The notes under the pieces: model-generated | What the model was told of the DNA's origin: nothing | The model's database searches: none | What the model saw: only the letters and a program-made list of their open reading frames with translations | Translations under genes and position numbers: made by a program | Source: Candidatus Woesearchaeota archaeon | Lineage (GTDB): Archaea; Nanobdellota; Nanobdellia; Woesearchaeales; 0-14-0-80-44-23 | Assembly: GCA_038874135.1 (NCBI GenBank) | Contig: JAVZCZ010000001.1 | Span: 128,001 to 192,000, forward strand | Length of the DNA stretch: 64,000 nucleotides | Direction: 5' to 3' | Shown: positions 57,929 to 64,000 of the stretch, piece after piece | Position numbering within the stretch: the first letter of the stretch is position 1 | How the letters are laid out: each line of letters starts with the position of its first letter

Positions 57929-58492
57929 ATGTTGAGGCTTTTTAGTGCGGGCAGGGATTCTGAGTTTAAGAAGATAAAGGCGGCTTTTGACAAGCTTAAA
58001 AAGGAGATGGACGTTCACCTCAGCACTATAAATGATAACAGCATTGAGATTGAAGCAAACTACGAATACTTATGCAAGCTTGAGGAGAAGGTTGATAAGC
58101 TGAGTGAAAAAGTTGAGCAGCTTCAGCTTCTAATTGCTGAATCTTCTAAGAAGAAGACTTCAGAGTTCAGCGTGGAGCCTCTCAACTTGAGAGAGCAGGA
58201 GGTCTTCTTAGCATTATACCTTTCCGACGGATTTGTAAAGTATTCTAACATTGCCTCTCAGCTCGGGCTTCCGGAGCAGCTTGTCAAGAATTATGTTACT
58301 GCGCTTATAAGAAAGGGCGTTCCTGTTATAAAGAAGTATCAGAATGGTGAAACATTCATTATGCTTGATCCGGATTTCAAAAGGGCTCAAACTAGGGAGA
58401 ACATTCTCGGAATAAGTCAGGAGATGCTGAAAGAGTTCAAAAAGGGAATTCTTCCAGAGATTAGAGATGCTAAGGAAGGGTTGGATGAATAA
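57929..58492 (+). CDS. coiled-coil plus winged-helix hypothetical protein
   Basis: N-terminal heptads; LNLREQEVFLALY..IASQLGL..YVTALIRKGVPVIK. Confidence 0.75.
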   Translation: MLRLFSAGRDSEFKKIKAAFDKLKKEMDVHLSTINDNSIEIEANYEYLCKLEEKVDKLSEKVEQLQLLIAESSKKKTSEFSVEPLNLREQEVFLALYLSDGFVKYSNIASQLGLPEQLVKNYVTALIRKGVPVIKKYQNGETFIMLDPDFKRAQTRENILGISQEMLKEFKKGILPEIRDAKEGLDE

Positions 58493-58521
58493 AAGGTGAA
58501 TGAAAAAAGTGAATTAGAATT

Positions 58522-59508
58522 CTATGCGCTCCTCTTTATCTTAGCCTTCACCTCGCTTATGATTGAGCTGTCATCAGGGTCAAGATTGTACTTCTTTGCA
58601 AGGAATAGGGCTGTTAAATCTCCCAAGTGCACTGCTGAGAATGTGTTTGTGAGGTAGTCTCTTCCTTTAAGTATCAGGTTTGTTGTCTCGCAGGATTTTC
58701 TCATTGCCTCCTGCGCGAACTGCAAATGCTTCTCAGTTCTCTTGAATTCCGACTCGTCAGATATTATTACTGAGATAAACTCGTCAGTTTCCTTAAAGAA
58801 TGCCATTATCTCATTGTGAGTTGCTTCTGGGAATTGGTTGCAGAATGCGTGCACCTTTGCAATCTCGTTGAAGGAGTGCTTCCACCTAAGAGCAGCAGGG
58901 TAGTAGCGATAAGACGAATATATTATAGGAGTCTTAGATAGGAGCTTTTCTGAGAACTCTTCTGCCCTGTCTGCCATGCCAACCTGCCTAAGTGATTTGA
59001 TGATTCCCCTATAATCAATCTGGCCCTTTACTAATCCTGAGCTTATGAGGGTGTTTAGCATTGGAAAGAAGAGATAAGGTAGGGCTGTCTGCTGGTTAAG
59101 CTCTTGTGGTATTCTTATCACTGGAATTTTAGCTTCTGAGCACTCCTGTTCCACCTTTCCTCCGGAAGTTATTGCAACTGATTTTCCCGCCTTGACCCTT
59201 GCCTGTTTAAATGCTGAGATTGTCTCCTCCGTGTTGCCAGAGTAAGAAATTGCAAAAACGAGAGATTCTGCGTCAACAAATTCTGGCGCTGAATAGTCTC
59301 TTATTATGAGCACTTGGATTTTGGATTTTATTTCTAAAAGGTAGGATTTTAGAATTTCACCTGCCAGCGCAGAGGTGCCCATTCCAATTACAAATATCTT
59401 ATTTATGCTGTTTTTATTCAGTTCAAGCTGCATCCCAATCTGAGAAGCTTTTTCAATGTGTTCAGAAAACTTTCTTATTCCCTCTTCAACTGTTTCCATT
59501 TCTTCCAC
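58522..59508 (-). CDS. bifunctional phosphoglucose/phosphomannose isomerase-like SIS protein
   Basis: GMGTS, SYSGNTEET, TSGG, NEIAK..PEATHNE. Confidence 0.85.
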   Translation of the reverse strand: MEEMETVEEGIRKFSEHIEKASQIGMQLELNKNSINKIFVIGMGTSALAGEILKSYLLEIKSKIQVLIIRDYSAPEFVDAESLVFAISYSGNTEETISAFKQARVKAGKSVAITSGGKVEQECSEAKIPVIRIPQELNQQTALPYLFFPMLNTLISSGLVKGQIDYRGIIKSLRQVGMADRAEEFSEKLLSKTPIIYSSYRYYPAALRWKHSFNEIAKVHAFCNQFPEATHNEIMAFFKETDEFISVIISDESEFKRTEKHLQFAQEAMRKSCETTNLILKGRDYLTNTFSAVHLGDLTALFLAKKYNLDPDDSSIISEVKAKIKRSA

Positions 59509-59575
59509 CTTCTCCTATGATGTGTATGAAAGATTGTTCCGTATTAAAATCTTATTGAAAATTGGCAAGTTTAAT

Positions 59576-60316
59576 CTATTTTGTTCTGCCTTGGTTTTCA
59601 ACTTTTTCTATTGCCTTCTTAATCTCAGCTGAAGGTCCAAGGTAGTAATGCTTTTTCGGTTTTAGTTTTTCGTCTAATTCGTAGACCAGCGGGAAGCCTG
59701 TGGGAATGTTAACCTTCATAAGTGCCCTTCCACTTATCCCTTCTATAATCTTTATTATGGCTCTTATGCTGTTGCCATGGGCTACTATAAGTACATCGCC
59801 CTTCTTTAGTTCCGGCTTTATGCTATGATTCCAGCACTTTCTGACTCGCTTTACAGTGTCAGCCAGGCTCTCTCCAAGAGGCAGTTCTCTTTTTGGAACA
59901 TCGCTGTATTTGGGATCCCGCGCAGGGTTCATCCTGCTGCTTTTAGGGAGCAGCGGCGGCCTAACATTGTAGGCTCTTCTCCAGAGCAGGACCTGTCTTT
60001 CTCCATACCTGGCTGCCATTTCTGACTTGTTTAGGCCTTGCAGTGCTCCGTAGTGCCTCTCGTTTAGGCGCCAGCACTTAACAACTTTGAGTTTTAGATT
60101 GTTGTGCTTCTGGATTATCTTAAGCGTGTTGACTGCGCGTTTTAGCACTGAGGTGAATGCTATCCTGAAGTTGAATTTCTCTCTTGATAGGAGTTCAGCA
60201 GCTCTCTCCGCCTCTCTTATGCCTTCCCTGCTAAGGGGAGCGTCCAGCCATCCTGTAAACCTGTTCTGCTTATTATAAGTGCTCTCCCCGTGTCTTATTA
60301 GAACCAGTTTTGGCAT
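59576..60316 (-). CDS. gpmA: 2,3-bisphosphoglycerate-dependent phosphoglycerate mutase
   Basis: LIRHGES..NRFTGW, LNERHYGALQG, AHGNSIR, NIPTG. Confidence 0.96.
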   Translation of the reverse strand: MPKLVLIRHGESTYNKQNRFTGWLDAPLSREGIREAERAAELLSREKFNFRIAFTSVLKRAVNTLKIIQKHNNLKLKVVKCWRLNERHYGALQGLNKSEMAARYGERQVLLWRRAYNVRPPLLPKSSRMNPARDPKYSDVPKRELPLGESLADTVKRVRKCWNHSIKPELKKGDVLIVAHGNSIRAIIKIIEGISGRALMKVNIPTGFPLVYELDEKLKPKKHYYLGPSAEIKKAIEKVENQGRTK

Positions 60317-60351
60317 TTTCGTTGTGAGTGTTAAAAACTCTTTAAAATGAT

Positions 60352-60798
60352 TTATGCTTTTTTGTTTTGTTCTTTCTCTTCTTCTTTTTCCATCTTATTT
60401 TTAGAAAGAGCTCTTCCTATCCTGCCTATTCCTATAGTTTCGTGTGTCTTTTTAAGAATTTTCAGTAGGTATGCTGGAAGGGGCTCTCTCTCATTAACTG
60501 GCGTCTTCTTCTGTTTTCCAGAGATGTAAAGATGGGGTCCGTCCTGTTCCACATCTAGGTATTCCAGGTTGTTAATAACTATGTCTGTTCCCGGGATTAG
60601 GTAATAAACATCTAAGCCGCGGATTATCACCTTGTGCACTTTGAACTCTAAGAATTTGAATGGTATCTCTGCTGTAAGATGTGGATTGTTTTTTGTGCAT
60701 AGATTTATGAATATTGGAGCTGTTTCCAGAACTGCGTTGTCGTCGTGCTCTTTCTTTTCTTTTCTTCCCAGTATTGCGCTTCCGCAGTAATATCTCAT
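60352..60798 (-). CDS. hypothetical protein
   Basis: 148-aa ORF between eno and gpmA. Confidence 0.6.
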   Translation of the reverse strand: MRYYCGSAILGRKEKKEHDDNAVLETAPIFINLCTKNNPHLTAEIPFKFLEFKVHKVIIRGLDVYYLIPGTDIVINNLEYLDVEQDGPHLYISGKQKKTPVNEREPLPAYLLKILKKTHETIGIGRIGRALSKNKMEKEEEKEQNKKA

Positions 60799-60854
60799 TT
60801 TAAACTTTAAAATTCAGAATGGGTTTTTATTTTTTTCTATAAGTTAGCACTTTA

Positions 60855-62153
60855 TCAGAATTTTAAGGTCTGCCCGGCGTATCGCGCTTCGGAGCCAAGC
60901 TCTTCTTCTATTCTTAGGAGCTGATTGAATTTTGAAGTCCTTTCACTTCTGCAGGGCGCTCCAAGCTTTATCTGTCCGCAGCCCAGCGCTACTGACAGGT
61001 CTGCTATGAAGGGGTCTTCTGTTTCTCCGCTTCTATGGCTCACCATTACATTCCAGCCGTGCCTGAATGCCAGGGCAGCTGCTCTTAATGCCTCTGATAG
61101 TGTGCCAATCTGGTTTAATTTTAAGAGTAGCGCTGTGCAGCACTTCTTTCTTATTCCAATTTTTATTCTTGAAATATTTGTTACAAGGAGATCATCGCCT
61201 ACAACTTGGATGCTGTCTCCGTATTTTGCCCTTATTTTAGCTGTAAATCTTTTGAAAGCTTTGAAGTCGTCCTGATCAAAAGGGTCTTCAAATGATATTA
61301 TAGGGTAGCTATCTGCAAGGTTTAGGTAGTAGTCTATAAGTTCGTCTGCTTGGTACTCCCTTTCAAGCTTGTAGCTTCCTTCGGAGTAGAATTCTGAAGC
61401 CGCGCTGTCTATTGCCAGTTTCACTTTTTGTGAGTATCCAGATTCTGAAATTGCCGATTCAAGTATTGAGAGTGCTTCCTCTGCATTTGATATTGGAGGT
61501 GCAAATCCGCCCTCGTCGCCAACATTTACAGCTGCTCTTCCAAATTTGGATTCAAGCTTCTGTTTTAGGGTGTGGTAAACCTCTGAGACCATCTGCGCTG
61601 CTTCTGAGAAGCTGGACGCTCCGACTGGTACTATCATGAACTCCTGAATTTTAAGTTGTGATCCTGCATGTTTTCCACCATTTATCACATTTGAGAAAGG
61701 CACTGGCAGTAGAAGCTCTTTTTTTATTCCATTCTTTTGAGCGAGCTGGTGCAGGTAGCTGTAAAGGGGCTTGCCAGTTGAGAGTGCAGCTGCGCGGGCA
61801 GAAGCCATGCTCACGCCGAGTATTGAATTAGCTCCAAGGGCCGACTTATTTGAAGTGCCATCCATTTTTATCATAATGGAATCTATCTTTCTCTGAGCAT
61901 TGCAGCTCATTCCTACAAGCTTTGGAGCAATTTTTTCTCTTATGTTTGAAACTGCATTTAGAACTCCCCTGCCGTGGTATCTCTTGTCTTTGTCTCTGAG
62001 CTCCAGAGCTTCGTACTTTCCAGTAGATGCTCCGCTTGGAACAATCGCCCTTCCAATTCCTTTTTTTGTTGTAATGTCCACTTCCACAGTGGGGTTTCCC
62101 CTTGAGTCAAGAACCTCCCGCGCCTTTATAGAGACTATTTTTAATCCTGCCAT
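60855..62153 (-). CDS. eno: enolase
   Basis: DSRGNPTVEV, PSGASTG, GDEGGFAP, GDDL, SHRSGETED. Confidence 0.97.
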   Translation of the reverse strand: MAGLKIVSIKAREVLDSRGNPTVEVDITTKKGIGRAIVPSGASTGKYEALELRDKDKRYHGRGVLNAVSNIREKIAPKLVGMSCNAQRKIDSIMIKMDGTSNKSALGANSILGVSMASARAAALSTGKPLYSYLHQLAQKNGIKKELLLPVPFSNVINGGKHAGSQLKIQEFMIVPVGASSFSEAAQMVSEVYHTLKQKLESKFGRAAVNVGDEGGFAPPISNAEEALSILESAISESGYSQKVKLAIDSAASEFYSEGSYKLEREYQADELIDYYLNLADSYPIISFEDPFDQDDFKAFKRFTAKIRAKYGDSIQVVGDDLLVTNISRIKIGIRKKCCTALLLKLNQIGTLSEALRAAALAFRHGWNVMVSHRSGETEDPFIADLSVALGCGQIKLGAPCRSERTSKFNQLLRIEEELGSEARYAGQTLKF

Positions 62154-62256
62154 GTCTGATTCTTGGCTTGCAGTGATTATAAAACTTTCTATTCTCTTCA
62201 GATTTCTAGAAAAAGTTTATATAAGGAGAAGGCGTATATTCATTTAGGGGTTGGAT

Positions 62257-63090
62257 ATGAGGGGCACTTTTGTGATGGTAGACGGGCCTGATGCTTCTGG
62301 CAAGAGCGTTGTGATTGGCTCTTTGGAGTCCTGGGCGAGGTCTCGTGGTCTTAAACTGCTTAATCTAAATTATTATTATGAAGAGAAGCACTCCATTCCA
62401 TCCTTTGATGAGATTTACACTGCTGATGTGATAGTCTCTTCAGAGCCAAGCCCATTTTATGTTGGTCAGGCGTTGAGGGAAGAGATGCTCTCTCAGAGTG
62501 AAAGAAAGTATTCTGCAGTTTCGTTGGCACAGGCATTTGCGCTGGATAGGGAGATACTTTACAACAGGGTTATAATTCCTGCTTTGAAGGCAGGCAAGTT
62601 TGTATTTCAAGATAGGGGTGTCATAACCTCGTTAGTTTATCAGCCGGTTGAGAGCAAGATTTCCCTAGTGGATTTGATGCGCCTGCCTGGGAACAAGCTG
62701 GCGCTGGATTATGCTCCCGATCTTGTTATAGTAACTATTGCTTCTCCGGAGCAGATAATGCAGAGGATAGACAAGAGGACTAAGAAGTCAATATTTGACA
62801 ACCTCCTGTTTCAGAGGAAGATAGTTGAGCGCTATAATAGTGTCTGGCTTAAACAGCTTTTGGAAAATATGGGCTCAACTGTTAAGTACATAAATACAGA
62901 CTTTCCCAAAAGTGTGGAAGAGACGAGTAGGGAAGCTATCAATATTTGGGATGAGTTTTATAAAGGAAGAAGTGAGGGCAGGTTGCAGCTGAAACATGAT
63001 GGCAGAAATGTTCAGACAGACGGAGTAAGTGGTGCTTCTGAAGCCACAGATGGAAAAGATGCTAAGCTTTATGAATTTACTGAAAAGTAG
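62257..63090 (+). CDS. tmk: thymidylate kinase-like protein
   Basis: VDGPDASGKS, EP, FALDRE, QDRGVITSLVYQ, PDLV. Confidence 0.8.
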   Translation: MRGTFVMVDGPDASGKSVVIGSLESWARSRGLKLLNLNYYYEEKHSIPSFDEIYTADVIVSSEPSPFYVGQALREEMLSQSERKYSAVSLAQAFALDREILYNRVIIPALKAGKFVFQDRGVITSLVYQPVESKISLVDLMRLPGNKLALDYAPDLVIVTIASPEQIMQRIDKRTKKSIFDNLLFQRKIVERYNSVWLKQLLENMGSTVKYINTDFPKSVEETSREAINIWDEFYKGRSEGRLQLKHDGRNVQTDGVSGASEATDGKDAKLYEFTEK

Positions 63091-63318
63091 ATGGGGCACA
63101 TTTTACTTATTTAGGATGTTTTTATTTTAGAAATTTTTACGCTATCTGTCATATTATACCACACGCCTATCACACTATTACATATATCATATTATCTACT
63201 ATCCAGTTTATCTTTTGAAATGTTCCAATTTTTGTATTTTCTTTTAATATGTTTCTTATGCTTATTTTTTTTCACAATAAAATATTTAAATGAGTAGGGC
63301 AAGCAAAAAATGAAAATT

Positions 63319-63366
63319 TCCCTACATATAGGGTTTTTCATTCAATAAAAACACTATACGCAGTGT
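63319..63366. promoter_or_regulatory. tandem NrdR boxes (63319-63334 TCCCTACATATAGGGT; 63351-63366 ACACTATACGCAGTGT)
   Basis: Two 16-bp imperfect palindromes resembling the acaCwAtATaTwGtgt consensus, 32 bp start-to-start, downstream of TATA TTTAAAT (63285-63291). Confidence 0.8.
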
Positions 63367-63390
63367 TAAGTGTCACTGGAGAGTTTTAAA

Positions 63391-63849
63391 ATGAAATGCC
63401 CCTTTTGCGGCTATGAAAATACTAGCGTGCTGGAAACGAGAGACACTGATTCTGGAACGAGAAGGAGAAGAATCTGTGATAAGTGCAAACACAGGTTTAC
63501 AACTTATGAAAAGATTGAATCTTCTCCAATCTTAGTAATAAAAAAAGATGGAAGGCGGGAGCCATTCTCAAAAGAAAAACTTAGAAACGGAATTCTAAAA
63601 GCGTGCGAAAAACGCCCCGTCTCAATAGAACAGATAAATAACATATGCGAATCAATAGAGGCTAAGCTAATTGAAAAGGGTGAATCCGAAGTTAAGAGTA
63701 AGCAGATAGGAGACATGGCAATGGCCAAGCTAAAAAGCTTGGATAAGATTGCTTACATCAGATTTGCCTCAGTTTACAGAGATTTTGCTGACATAACCGA
63801 CTTTGAGGAAGAGTTGAAGAAGCTTATAAGAAAGAATGCTCAGAGGTGA
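63391..63849 (+). CDS. nrdR: transcriptional repressor NrdR
   Basis: MKCPFCG..VLETR..RRRRIC..C..RFTTYE, ATP cone VIKKDG, AYIRFASVYR. Confidence 0.97.
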   Translation: MKCPFCGYENTSVLETRDTDSGTRRRRICDKCKHRFTTYEKIESSPILVIKKDGRREPFSKEKLRNGILKACEKRPVSIEQINNICESIEAKLIEKGESEVKSKQIGDMAMAKLKSLDKIAYIRFASVYRDFADITDFEEELKKLIRKNAQR

Positions 63850-63857
63850 TTGGGGAA

Positions 63858-64000
63858 ATGAGTGAAAAAATAAAGCAGGTAATCAAGAGGGATGGACGGA
63901 TTGTGGACTTTGACAGAGAAAAAATTAAGCGGGCAATAATGATGTCCATGAGTGATATTGGAAGAGTGGATGAAAAGCTGGCTGAAAAGGCAACTGCCAA
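63858..64000 (+). CDS. ATP-cone protein, probably ribonucleotide reductase (5' fragment, truncated by window end)
   Basis: MSEKIKQVIKRDGRIVDFDREKIKRAI; SD GAGGTGA overlaps nrdR stop. Confidence 0.8.
   Translation, partial: MSEKIKQVIKRDGRIVDFDREKIKRAIMMSMSDIGRVDEKLAEKATA

Overview
This is a gene-dense chromosomal segment from a small-genome archaeon, most likely DPANN/Woesearchaeota-like. That call rests on the archaeal 23S rRNA end, Alba, eS17, RpoL, PsmB-FttA, LonB, Taw1/Taw3, form III RuBisCO, TATA/BRE promoters and GAGGTGA Shine-Dalgarno sites. The window holds the 3' end of the 23S rRNA gene, four tRNAs (Lys-CTT, Pro-CGG, Leu-CAG, Arg-TCG), about 70 CDS and a Type III restriction-modification cassette. 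It also holds xerA with a dif-like site in its own promoter, and nrdR with tandem NrdR boxes ahead of a truncated ATP-cone gene. The main leads are: (1) an intact stand-alone GGDEF diguanylate cyclase behind eS17-Alba, although c-di-GMP signalling is not an established archaeal trait; (2) an extreme, mirror-symmetric, adenine-specific strand bias centred on the R-M cassette, where the last 143 sense codons of leuS include none ending in T; (3) the dif-xerA module inside long AT-rich spacers; (4) two SD-led microproteins missed by the ORF track, a 32-aa poly-acidic one facing an HPF-like gene and a 15-aa Lys-rich one; (5) a kinase-free membrane sensor plus wHTH pair with a candidate operator, facing a MacB-type ABC operon. 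No CRISPR array, IS element, intein or reverse transcriptase was seen. All calls come from manual motif recognition and hand counts; no searches were run.
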